From NCBI GenBank assembly GCA_963837805.1, contig CAWIOU010000019.1, positions 26,610-90,609 of the forward strand: a stretch of DNA of 64,000 bases, in the 5' to 3' direction. The notes beneath the pieces are model-generated. The model had not been told where the DNA came from, did no database searches, and saw nothing but the letters and a program-made list of their open reading frames with translations. The stretch is from an uncultured Acidimicrobiaceae bacterium (GTDB lineage: Bacteria > Actinomycetota > Acidimicrobiia > Acidimicrobiales > RAAP-2). Below, in pieces: positions 52,932 through 62,776 of the stretch. A program made the position numbers and the translations under genes. Within the stretch, counting starts at the first letter, position 1. Each line of letters opens with the position of its first letter.

Positions 52932-53915
52932 ATGGCCGAGAGGATGGAAGAGGAGCGGGTAGAGGGCGGGCACGGTCAGCCGGATCCGGCATTTCCGGTC
53001 GAGCAGGTAACTATCCACGGGCAGCAGATCGCCTATCGGCGCAGCGGCGAGGGGCCTGCTCTCCTCTTCCTGCACGGGATAGCGGGCAGTTCGCAGACAT
53101 GGGTCCCCGTCATGGAGCTACTCCGGGCGGAGTACACCATGATCGCGCCGGACTTTCTCGGCCACGGACATTCGGCCAAGCCGATGGGAGACTATTCGCT
53201 CGGCAACTTCGCCAGTTCCATTCGTGACCTCCTGCAGATCTTGGACATCGATCGGGTCACCGTGGTCGGCCAGTCGTTCGGGGGCGGTGTGGCCATGCAG
53301 TTCGCCTACCAGTTCCCCGACCAGTGCGAGCGCCTGGTGCTGGTGGACGCCGGTGGCCTCGGGCGCGAGGTGAGCTGGGTGCTCCGCATGGTCACCCTCC
53401 CCGGCGTCGAATACGTGATGCCGGCCCTGTTCCCACCCTTTGCACACGGATGGGGGGATGCCGTCGCCCGCCTCGGGCATCGTCTGGGCTTGCGGAATGC
53501 GCAAGCGGTCGAGATCTGGCGTTCCTACCGCTCACTGACCGATGCTGACAGCCGCCGCGCCTTCCTGCGAACCATGCGATCGGTGATCGAGCCGGGCGGT
53601 CAGTCGGTCAATGCGATGGACCGCCTCTACCTGGCCGAGCAGACGCCGACTCTCATCGTGTGGGGAGGAAAGGACAGGATCATCCCCCTCTCCCATGCCT
53701 ACCAGGCGCTTGAGGCGATGCCCAACAGTCGGTTGGAGATACTTCCCAACGCAGGCCATTTTCCCCAGGCAGAGGAGCCCGCCAGGTTCGTCGAGGTCCT
53801 GAGAGACTTCTTGCACACCACCGAGCCGGGCAAGTTCACCCCAAGAGAGAGACGAGAACGGCTCCGTCGGGGTCCGTCTGGCTCCTCATCCGAGCCCCAG
53901 CCGATCGCAGAGTGA
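52932..53915 (+). CDS. alpha/beta fold hydrolase
   Basis: LLFLHGIAGSSQTW, nucleophile elbow VVGQSFGGGVA, C-terminal NAGHFPQAEEP. Intact. Confidence 0.8.
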   Translation: MAERMEEERVEGGHGQPDPAFPVEQVTIHGQQIAYRRSGEGPALLFLHGIAGSSQTWVPVMELLRAEYTMIAPDFLGHGHSAKPMGDYSLGNFASSIRDLLQILDIDRVTVVGQSFGGGVAMQFAYQFPDQCERLVLVDAGGLGREVSWVLRMVTLPGVEYVMPALFPPFAHGWGDAVARLGHRLGLRNAQAVEIWRSYRSLTDADSRRAFLRTMRSVIEPGGQSVNAMDRLYLAEQTPTLIVWGGKDRIIPLSHAYQALEAMPNSRLEILPNAGHFPQAEEPARFVEVLRDFLHTTEPGKFTPRERRERLRRGPSGSSSEPQPIAE

Positions 53916-54026
53916 CCACCGAGCCGTAGTTCGGTTCGGGACCCAGGTCGATGTAGAAGTGGAGTGGCATCGGCTAAGGGTGGCCTTCGACGATCACGAT
54001 GGCAGTCGAATCTTCCTTGAGACCTC

Positions 54027-54498
54027 ATATCGGGGCGGTCACCCTAGTCACGTACACCTGGCGAGTGTGAAGCTCGATGAAGAAGAGGACGTGGAGCCTG
54101 TTCAGGAGCAACGGTACCCACGGTGAAGACGTCGCAGGCCAGCATCGTCGTGGCCCGGCTTTGAGGGACTCACCCGATGTCGGCCGGTTCTGTTCGGGAA
54201 GGGGTCGAGGCCGTGACGTGGAGAATGTTCCAGACGCTGGTTGGCGCCAAACAACACCCACCCTCGCCAGCTCCCAGTGGATCCGGCGATAGCCCCACGT
54301 CGGGTTCTCTCGGGCCAAACGAACCACTACTTGGACGGTCCCTAAGATCCGGTTGGTTCCCCGTCGGATGGCTGAACGGCGCATCCGCAGGCCATCCGGC
54401 AATGGGTAGCATGAATGAGATCGATAGGAGCGGAAGCCGCTGCGTGTGCCATGGGAGCCACGGCCCAGGTCAGCTTGCGCTCGGGAACTGTTGAGCAT
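54027..54498 (-). mobile_element. degenerate 5' fragment of an rve-type transposase gene
   Basis: VVRLARENPTWGYRRIHWELARVGV...LHVLFFIELHTRQVYVTRVTAP breaks off where HPTGAW should follow. It may extend to about 54640. Confidence 0.65.
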
Positions 54499-54664
54499 GT
54501 GCGGAGGCGGCCATGGGCTTTCAGCCTTGTCGGCCTGTTGCCCTCCTCGACAATAGGCCTCATCATGGGGCGAGACAGAGCCCGAGGGAGAAGAGGATGT
54601 CTGGGACGACCGAAGCAGACCGGGGCAATGGCAAACATGTCGGGGGAGCGGTCAGGGTGAGTGT

Positions 54665-56227
54665 ATGACTCCCACAACTTTCAAATTCGGGCTCTCTCGA
54701 GCGCGAGGTCAAGCTGGGAGTCCGCCTCGACTTTGTGCTCCCTGATTTGACCATGGGCAAGCTCGTCGCGACGAGTGAGCGGCTGATCGAACAGGAAATG
54801 CGCACCGCCTACTTCGACACTTCGGATTTCCGGTTGTGGCGACGGGGAATCTCGCTTCGTCATCGCACAGGTGAAGAGCCGGGTGTGGAGACCTGGACCG
54901 CAAAACTTCCTAGTCTCAGTGAGGGACCGACGCTCGATCGGATGGAACTCTCCTGGTCCGGCCCCCGGGAGTCGGTGCCGGACCGAGGCTGCCCGCCTCT
55001 TTCAAGGAATAATTCGCAGCTCACCGCTCCATCAAATCGTCGAGTTGGTCACGACGAGGCGGCGCCATCTCCTGAGTGACCTCGCAGGTGCATCAAGGGG
55101 CGAACTCGATGACGACACGGTCACCGTGGTTGGCGGTATGAGAGATGGTCTCCGCTTTCGTCAGATCGAACTGGAGCTCGGAACCGGAGGGGAAGTGCTG
55201 GTCGGCCCCGTCGTGAAGGAGCTCACCGCCGCCGGCGCTCAATTGGGTGGTGAGCAGAAGTTGGCCAAGGCGGTCGACCTTCCGGCTCGATCGCCTCAGT
55301 GTCCGGGGCTGAAGATCCACAAGGAATCCCGGATCGGGGACATCGCAACGGGCTGCATTGCCACGGCCTTGGATCGCCTTCTCGATAACGACCTCCTTAT
55401 CCGCTTCGACCCATCGGAGCCCCCGGTGGAAGGAGTACATCAAGCTCGAGTCGCCAGCCGGCGGCTACGCTCAGATCTGAAGTTGCTCGGCATGGCGCTT
55501 GACCCCGAGTGGTTGGCCCAGGTACGCACGGATCTCAAATGGCTGGGCGAGATACTCGGATAGCGTGCGTGACGCAGACGTGCTCGCGCGGCTGTTCGAC
55601 GGAGAGGGTGATGGTTCGTCGTTTGACGCCGACGGACGGATCCAGCTTCGATCGAATCTGGGGAAGCAACGACGTAGACACTGTCGGGAGCTGAGTGGGG
55701 CGCTCTCGAGCGCTCGGTATTTGGACTTGCTCGATCAGCTCGACACAGCCGCCAGACTTCTCCCGGTCGGCGGAGCCATTCAAGGCAAGCGTCCGCTGAG
55801 TCGCTCAGCGCTCATTGACCGGTCAGCGGCGAAGGTCCTTCCAAAGCTGGTGGGAAAGCGCTGGCGATCCCTCCGCCGCGCAGTGAGAAAGGCCGGTCGT
55901 CACCCGAGCGATCATGAGCTACATGGGATGAGAATTTGGGCGAAGGAACTTCGATACGCAGCGGAGATGGCGACTCCGGTGATCGGAAAGGCAGCCCGCC
56001 GCAGCGCCGTCGCGGCGGAGGAAGCTCAAACTGTCCTTGGTGAGCACCACGATTCGGTGACCGCCGAGTCCTGGCTCCGTGGCCAGGCGATGAACGGTAC
56101 GAACGCAACGAGTTATTCTGCCGGGCGGCTCGCAGCTGAGCAGGATCGATTGGCGCGGCGGCTCAGGCACCAGTGGCGACAGGTGTTCCACGAGCTCGAT
56201 CAGAAACGCCTCCGGCGTTGGTGTTAG
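54665..56227 (+). CDS. CYTH-CHAD two-domain protein (several frame changes)
   Basis: LEREVKLGV...TAYFDTSDFRLWRRGISLRHR (CYTH). VHQARVASRRLRSDLKL, HELHGMRIWAKELRYAAE (CHAD). Confidence 0.7.
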
Positions 56228-56494
56228 GAGTATTCACTCGGGAGTCCGCGGCCCTGACGGTATGTCGGGTGGAAGCCTTGGCCCGGCCACCCAGGAGTCA
56301 TCGATATGGATGTGGTGTCCGCACTGGCCGGACCCATGAGGGATTTGACCCAACGACACCCTCCCGAAGGAGAACTAGTGGGCACTAGCCAGTGCCTAGC
56401 CCGCCCGACCGGCTGGCCGATGGACATCGCCAAGGAATCTGTAGCTCCTGTGTAGACAGTCGGCTGAAATCGTGGGTGAGGCTATCCCAGGGTG

Positions 56495-56707
56495 CTACTC
56501 ATGACCGAGTTGCCCTCGTCGACGACTAGCCCGTCGCTCATTTCGACGATGCGGTGTGCGTGGGCAGCGACATCGGATGCGTGTGTCACCATGATGGCCT
56601 AGTGCGTGCGCTTTCTCCTTGTTTCGCTTCGAGAGGGGGGCATCGGGCCCGCCTGGTTGCAGTGGAACTGCCGGCTGTGCCGTCGGTCGGTCGCTGGTGA
56701 TTGACAT
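56495..56707 (-). pseudogene. decayed C-terminal remnant of an ABC-transporter ATPase
   Basis: IMVTHASDVAAHAHRIVEMSDGLVVDEG is preceded by an in-frame stop and by SDRPTAQ (compare ADEPTGA). Walker A and signature regions are absent. Confidence 0.5.
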
Positions 56708-57155
56708 CTGATCTCCTATTCAAATAGCAGCGGCATTTGTGCTCGTGCCGGATTCATCTCTTCTCCTTATTGACTCTGACCTAGATCAGATCGTTCAGTA
56801 GGGCACAAGGTCCCTTAAAAGCAACGCCGATACCGCGAGAGTGGGCGCCTAAACCCCAGACCCGGGAAGGGATCTGGAGAAGGCAAGGGATCCTGGGACC
56901 TTTGGCCCTGTGCGGCGGCTCGCTCCGGCGGGATGATGAGTTCTTGGGGTGCCAGCGTTCGGCGGTCTAGTGAATCGAGGGAGTCATGGCATTGGTGCAC
57001 CGGCACATGGGGGGTTGCCCTGCTTTTGGTTGGCCGAGAAATCGGAAGCAACCGTTGGCGGGGGCCAGGAATGCCTTCGCGTGGAGACAATCCACGACGG
57101 GAACATGCTGGTAGTGAGTGCTTCGCCGATTCGTCGGCGCTTGGCTGGAAGGTTG

Positions 57156-57577
57156 TGACTGTCGTGAACGAAGTCAAGTCTCGGTGGGGGTCGTCCGGAT
57201 GTGAGGCTATTTTGCTCAGCGATCCACCCGATTGCGGTCGACAATGCGAGGAACGATTGGCTTGGAAGCGGGATGTCGCACTTGAGATCTCGGTTGATGT
57301 CGATCGGTTTCCGGCGACCGTCCGATTTGCAGGGATGCTCGACGCAGACACGGCAGAGAACCTGACGGCACTGTTGGCTGAGTTGATCGGCGAGGGATTC
57401 GTTGACTTCGAGCTGCAGACATCTTCGCTTTGTATACCAGACGAAGGTGGGATGAAAGCGTTGACTTGCCTCCGACACCAGTTACGAAAGGCGGGTGGCA
57501 ACCTTACTTGGGACGGATTGACACTGAACCACCCCTTCCTGGCCAGGAGCGCCCTGTGCACCGAAGTGTCCCGTTAG
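57156..57577 (+). CDS. STAS-like (anti-sigma-antagonist-like) domain protein
   Basis: VRFAGMLDADTAENLTALLAELIGEGFVDFELQTSSLCIPDEGGMKALTCLRHQLRKAGGNLTWDG fits the STAS layout. The start is uncertain (the ORF opens at 56933). Confidence 0.3.
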
Positions 57578-57628
57578 GGTCACGGCGTGGGGATTGTTCG
57601 AGGCCGGGTCGAACGAAGTGGCGGGTGC

Positions 57629-58425
57629 ATGAGCAGGCGATGGGGAACCCTGGTGATATGCGCAGCGCTCTTACTCGGCGCTGTCACGACACTGGCGCTG
57701 TTCCAGAGGTCAGCGGACCACGCAACTCGCGGTCGGGAACGAGTGGTGATCTTCGGTGACTCACTGACCTATCAGGCAGAGCCGTATTTCAACCTTTTGG
57801 TGCAAGCCGGCGGAAAGGCAGCGGTGAGCGATTTTGCATTCGGTGGAACCGCCGTTTGCGACTGGTTACCGAAGATGCGTGCGGTGGCAAATTCGCAACG
57901 CCCCAGGTGGCCGTGCTCGAGTTCGCCGGCAACAGTTTTACTTCGTGCATGGACGGCTGCGTGGCGGGGTCCCACGCAGCGGTGAGCCGGTACTGCTCCA
58001 ACCTGTCGGTGGCCATTCAGGTCTTTGTGACCGCCGGGACGCACGTCTTCCTCGACGGTGCGCCAATCGACTACCAACAATGGGTTACCCATGATCCGCA
58101 CTGGAAAGATCTGGACAACGCCATCGCCGCCTTGGCGGAGAAATACCCCGGACAGGTGACCTATGTGGATGCGGGCAGAGCCGTCGAAGGTCCCGACCAG
58201 TCGTACGTATGGACCCTGCCGTGCCTGTACTTTGAGCCATGCACGGGACCAAGGATTGCCGGTGTCAGAACCAACGTGGTCCGATCCCCGGACGGAACTC
58301 ACTTCTGTGTCGGCCAGAGTGGCAACGCCGTGGGCCAGGTCGAGGGTTGTCGAAGCTACAGCTCCGGGGCCTTCCGGTTCGCCGCGGCGATGGCCGGCCC
58401 GGTCATAGCGTGGCTCCACCTCTGA
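57629..58425 (+). CDS. SGNH/GDSL hydrolase with signal/TM N-terminus (frame change near 57895)
   Basis: MSRRWGTLVICAALLLGAV..., VVIFGDSLTY, LEFAGNS, SPDGTHF. Confidence 0.65.
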
Positions 58426-58537
58426 CGATGGCAAACGGCACCCCTTCCGACGGATGCGTTGTCAGTGTTGCTCCGAGCCGAGGTCGGTGCATCGCCCCGG
58501 TCGCCGTGATGGGATTGTCTTTCTTAAGGTCGACGGT

Positions 58538-59155
58538 GTGAAAGTCATCGAGGTGTTCGCCGACATCTGGTGCCCGTTTGCGCATGTCGGGCTGCGCTGC
58601 GTTGTCGAACGCAGGGCTCAATTGAAGCGTGAAGACGCTGTCCTGCTCGTGCGTGCGTGGCCTCTCGAACTCGTGAACAAAGCGGCCCTCGATCCCAAGA
58701 ACACTGCCCACCACGTTCAAGAGCTCCGGCGTCAAGTGGTCCCTGATCTATTTCAACGGTTCGATCTGAATCACTTTCCGACGAGCACGCTTCCGGCTCT
58801 GGCCTGGGTCCACGCCGCTTACAAAATGGATATGAGACGGGGTGAGGCAGTGAGCCTTGCCCTCAGAAATGCCCTCTTTGAGGACGGTGTCGATATTTCC
58901 GATCCTGATGAGCTCTCGGACATCGTTCGCGCCGAGGGGGTCGGTTCATTCGACTCCAATGATGAGGCGGCAGTCCTGGCGGATTGGCACGAAGGAACAG
59001 AACGAGGGGTCAAGGGTTCTCCGCATTTCTTCTGCGGAGATGCGGATGCGTTCTGTCCATCGCTCGTTATCTTCAAGGACGGAACGGGTCACCTCGAGGC
59101 AGAGCAACATATGGAAGTTCTGGATGCGTTCCTCGCAGGTTGCTTCAGCGAGTGA
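58538..59155 (+). CDS. DsbA-like thioredoxin-fold protein (CPFA instead of CxxC)
   Basis: VKVIEVFADIWCPFAHVGL...VKGSPHFF. Confidence 0.6.
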   Translation: MKVIEVFADIWCPFAHVGLRCVVERRAQLKREDAVLLVRAWPLELVNKAALDPKNTAHHVQELRRQVVPDLFQRFDLNHFPTSTLPALAWVHAAYKMDMRRGEAVSLALRNALFEDGVDISDPDELSDIVRAEGVGSFDSNDEAAVLADWHEGTERGVKGSPHFFCGDADAFCPSLVIFKDGTGHLEAEQHMEVLDAFLAGCFSE

Positions 59156-59341
59156 GGCCCGGCATTTGACAGAGCCGGCCGACCATTGCGACGGCCTCCC
59201 TGCTGGTGATGTTTCTTGGGGGGAAGTCGTTCTTCAGGAGGTCCAGTTGACCAGTACGTCCGGGGGGCGGGCTTTCGGGTCGAATTACTTCTGCACAATG
59301 ACCGGCCAGAGCCACCCACTTGACCCGCTGCCGCGATCGGA

Positions 59342-60472
59342 TCAGCGAATGGGCACCTGCCAGATCAATAGCGTGCCCCCGGCATCGGGCGTCTCGACGT
59401 CGAATGTTCCGTACAGCTTCTCTGCCCGGCGTTTCATATTGACCAGTCCGTGGCCTCCAGCTCGCTTCCCGCCCCGATCGAGGCCAAGTCCATTATCGAA
59501 GATCTCCAGATGACACGCCTCGGAGTTAACGCTGAGCATCACGCTGGCCCGTGAGGCTTGAGCGTGTCGACCGACGTTCGTTAAAGCCTCTCGAAGAGTG
59601 GCCAACAGGTGCTCGACGATCTCGTCAGAGAGAGCCGCATCGACGGGACCATCGATTGAGGTGCTGATTTCGAAGCCGACAACCGGGGTCAGTTCTTCGA
59701 CGAGTCCAAGGATGGAGGCTCGTGGACCTCGGCTCGTGTTGTCGAGTCCCAGTTCGAAGATCGTGGTCCGCACCTGGCGGATGGTGTCGTCGATGTCGGC
59801 AATCGCCTGAGACAACCGGTCGGCTTCTGGAGAAGTCACCGTTCCGGCGATGCTCTGGAGGGTGAGTCCCACCGCAAAGAGCCGCTGGATTACCGTGTCG
59901 TGGAGGTCCCGAGCCAACCTGTCCCGCTCGTCGAAGACAGCCACGTCCTGCACCCGCTGGTGAAGCCGGGTGTTCTCGATGGCGATACCGGCGGCGATGG
60001 CCAAGGCTCCCACGAGTGCCTCGTCATCGCTGGTGAACTCGGACCATCCGATCTTGTCGGTCAGATAGAGATTTCCGTAGACCTCGTCTCGAACCTTGAT
60101 GGGCACGCCCAGGAACGTACTCATCGGTGGATGCCCGGGTGGGAAGCCAAAGCTCTTTGGGTGTGTCCCTATCTCGGATACCCGGAGTGGCTTGGGGTCC
60201 GAAATGAGTAGACCCAGCACGCCACGCCCGGTTGGGTGGGCACCGATCTCTTCTTCCTGCTCTGTGGTCAGCCCCGCCGTGATGAACTCAATCAGCGCAG
60301 TACGATCCTCGTTAAGGACCCCGAGCGCCCCATAGCGGGCATTGGTCATGGAGAGGGCTTCTTCGATGACATGGCGAAGCAGGACCGGGAGTTCGAGATC
60401 GGCCTCAACCAGGAGCGTGGCTTCGAGAACCCGCCGCAACTTAGCTGGATCCTCGATGGAGTGGTAAGGCAT
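59342..60472 (-). CDS. GAF-domain sensor histidine kinase (HisKA_3 type, DosS/DosT-like architecture)
   Basis: GAF: ARYGALGVLNEDR...GVPIKVRDEVYGNLYLTDK. H-box: RDRLARDLHDTVIQRLF. HATPase: NVGRHAQA...DNGLGL...GHGLVNM. Intact. Confidence 0.85.
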   Translation of the reverse strand: MPYHSIEDPAKLRRVLEATLLVEADLELPVLLRHVIEEALSMTNARYGALGVLNEDRTALIEFITAGLTTEQEEEIGAHPTGRGVLGLLISDPKPLRVSEIGTHPKSFGFPPGHPPMSTFLGVPIKVRDEVYGNLYLTDKIGWSEFTSDDEALVGALAIAAGIAIENTRLHQRVQDVAVFDERDRLARDLHDTVIQRLFAVGLTLQSIAGTVTSPEADRLSQAIADIDDTIRQVRTTIFELGLDNTSRGPRASILGLVEELTPVVGFEISTSIDGPVDAALSDEIVEHLLATLREALTNVGRHAQASRASVMLSVNSEACHLEIFDNGLGLDRGGKRAGGHGLVNMKRRAEKLYGTFDVETPDAGGTLLIWQVPIR

Positions 60473-60691
60473 TCGAGCCTCTCGATGGAACTGCTCAGGG
60501 CCATTTCTTGGCCACAGTTAATCACCAGAGAATCAGGAATGCTAGGGAAAGGGCGGCAGCATGATTCTTGTTGAAGCAAGATCCTGAAGGGGTGACCGTC
60601 TGCACTATTCGGGGGTCGCTTGCCTCGCTCGATGTGACATCGGCGTGAACACCCTGCCGCTTGCTGATCGATTTCAGGACTTGAGCCGCAT

Positions 60692-61105
60692 TCACTCGAT
60701 GCGGTGACCCGAGACTCCTGACAGGTCGATTCGGAAGTAGTGATCAGCTGACTGCCCGATTGCCCAGGGTTCGGGGAGTGCGCCCTCAAGCTCCAACCGA
60801 CCGAGCGTCTCGGCGTCTCTGACATGAAGCGCCTGTCCCACCGCCATGACCGTCCAGCCCGAGCGATTGTTTGGATCATAGGAATCGGCCTGGAATGCCG
60901 TTACCGCACCGTCCGTTGCGTTGGACAGCGAGGACCCGGCCATGGCCCCGAAGATGACCGAATCACCGGTGAGTGTGTAGTTCACGGGAAAGATGACGGG
61001 AAGGGCGTTCAGTGTCAAGGCGACCCGCCCGATAGGAACCCTCGCCAGGAGCCCAAGACACTCTTGCTTTGATAGCGTCTGGATTGCCACGTCATTACCT
61101 TCCAA
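60692..61105 (-). CDS. PPOX/F420-binding-like family protein
   Basis: QECLGLLARVPIGRVALTLNALPVIFPVNYTL...GWTVMAVG. Upstream of the GAF kinase on the same strand. Confidence 0.7.
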   Translation of the reverse strand: MEGNDVAIQTLSKQECLGLLARVPIGRVALTLNALPVIFPVNYTLTGDSVIFGAMAGSSLSNATDGAVTAFQADSYDPNNRSGWTVMAVGQALHVRDAETLGRLELEGALPEPWAIGQSADHYFRIDLSGVSGHRIE

Positions 61106-61147
61106 GAGCCCAAGCTTCAGTATTGAACGGATCGGAACTCGGACATA

Positions 61148-61177
61148 GGGCCATTGGTCCCATTGGCCCCATTGGGC
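61148..61177. promoter_or_regulatory. three tandem 9-mers (CCATTGGNC)x3 overlapping GGGCCATTGGTCCC
   Basis: gggCCATTGGTCCCATTGGCCCCATTGGGC lies 43-72 nt upstream of the PPOX-kinase operon start at 61105. Confidence 0.4.
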
Positions 61178-61483
61178 AGGGTGGTCAAGAACACAGACAC
61201 CCTACTCACTTCATCAAGTCAAGGAATGAGGCTGAGCCACAGCGGCTGCTGCCCCTCGGCAACGAATCTTCCGATCCACGCTGCCGCCGCAACTTTGGCC
61301 ACGCTTCGAATCTAAGCCGACTTCGCCTGTGTCAATAGGGCCAAGAGGCCCGAAATGTCCATTGCCTGGGGCCGAACAATGGGACCAAGGACCCTGGCAA
61401 CTGAGCGGGCATCCGGGTGACGATGTCTGCGAGGCCACGAAGCTCAGCAGCTTCCTGGTTTAGAGCTGATCGGAGGCGTTGCT

Positions 61484-61678
61484 ATGGCGATCTTGTGTCT
61501 GTTGGCAATATGGACGTTCTACTTCTGGGTGGTTCAAAAGTACCTCCGAAGGTCAGTTGCTGGAATCAAGGCCGGGGACCTCAATGTCGAATCCCGGATC
61601 CGCCGTCCTCGTGTGCAGATTCCCGACACTGTGCCGTCCGAGTGGATCGAGGCGTACGGGGCGGAGAACGATGTCTGA
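61484..61678 (+). CDS. small single-TM protein (64 aa)
   Basis: MAILCLLAIWTFYFWVVQKYLRR... The stop overlaps the next ATG (ATGTCTGA). The local DNA is lower in GC. Confidence 0.5.
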   Translation: MAILCLLAIWTFYFWVVQKYLRRSVAGIKAGDLNVESRIRRPRVQIPDTVPSEWIEAYGAENDV

Positions 61679-61916
61679 TCTGACCAGTCCGGCCTGGACA
61701 GGGCAGTTCGAAACATGGCAGGAGATGGAGCGGGCGCTGAGCATCGTTCATGTAGCTGGGATGGAGTTGATCGCCGAAATCAAGACCGACGGCGAACAGT
61801 CCGAGAGTGCGGCTCGACACAGATTCGAGGAGGCGCTAATGAGCTTCCACAGTGTTCTCGAAATACTCGGGATCTTGCCGACACTTTCGATCAATGCGCT
61901 CATGAGACCTGAGTAG
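61671..61916 (+). CDS. small helical hypothetical protein (81 aa)
   Basis: MSDLTSPAWTGQFETWQEMERALSIVHVAG... The stop lies 3 nt before the nucleotidyltransferase ATG. Confidence 0.5.
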   Translation: MSDLTSPAWTGQFETWQEMERALSIVHVAGMELIAEIKTDGEQSESAARHRFEEALMSFHSVLEILGILPTLSINALMRPE

Positions 61917-61919
61917 CAC

Positions 61920-62363
61920 ATGATCAGCGACGAAAGAAAGCACGAGTACCGCCGGATCAAGCACTCGGTGTTTGTTTGGTCACAAACTCATCCCGACATC
62001 AAAGGAATCGCCGTCGTCGGTTCATGGGCTCGAAGAGAGGCTCAGATGGTTTCGCACCTCGACCTCTTGGTGCTGACGCCCGACACGAAGCGCTACATCA
62101 CCTCCAATAGCTGGATCTGCCATGCACTCCCGAGTTCGGGCGTGATCGTTGGGGCACAGACCTTGGGGTCCCTGACCGAACTCCAGGTGCGACTCCCATC
62201 GGGTCTGATCATCGACTTTGGGTTCGTTCCACCGTCGTGGTTCTCGATCAATCCGGTCGATCCGGCAGCCGCTCAACTTGTACGTGACGGTTGCCTTCCT
62301 CTGGCCGATCCCGAAAGCATGATTGAGCGATTCATTGAATCCGTGTCAACGGGTGTTTGGTGA
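61920..62363 (+). CDS. Pol-beta-superfamily nucleotidyltransferase domain protein
   Basis: IAVVGSWARREAQMVSHLDLLVL fits hG[GS]x9-13[DE]h[DE]h, except that His replaces the first acidic residue. Confidence 0.6.
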   Translation: MISDERKHEYRRIKHSVFVWSQTHPDIKGIAVVGSWARREAQMVSHLDLLVLTPDTKRYITSNSWICHALPSSGVIVGAQTLGSLTELQVRLPSGLIIDFGFVPPSWFSINPVDPAAAQLVRDGCLPLADPESMIERFIESVSTGVW

Positions 62364-62776
62364 ATAGGGACTTCACCCGGGGGTTGGACAGTTCGAACGT
62401 TCTCACGACGAACTGGGCGGCCTTGTCGGTACGATCCGGTTGCACGCAGTTTCCGCCGCTTCTCAGTAGAACAAGCGTCCCGGCTTCATTTCAAGGACAG
62501 TTGCCACGGAAAGCACTCAGGATGAGCCTCCAGATGACGATGATCCGAACAAGGTCAAGTGGCTTCCGCCAAGGGGACGACAATGAGCGATGTCAACCAG
62601 AATGAGGAACCTCAGGTTGGACGGGAGGATCAGACGCCCCTGAGTTCGCTGGATCCGAGAAATCGATTCGCACATGGGAGCAGCGCCGTCAGAGAGCGGT
62701 GACTCGCTTCCAGAACACAACTCCCCTCATGCTTCGAAGCGGACTTCGGCACCGTTGCCTGGCTTGATCAGGGACA

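Noticed and set aside
56815-57561. 248-aa minus-strand ORF
   Set aside because: The product is Ser/Pro/Arg-rich and low in complexity. The ORF is antisense to the more protein-like STAS-type ORF and has no recognisable motifs.
61671-61916. The 81-aa protein as a HEPN toxin partner of the nucleotidyltransferase
   Set aside because: It has no Rx4-6H motif (the nearest is R-x8-H), it is much shorter than HEPN domains, and the gene order is opposite to typical MntA-HepT pairs.
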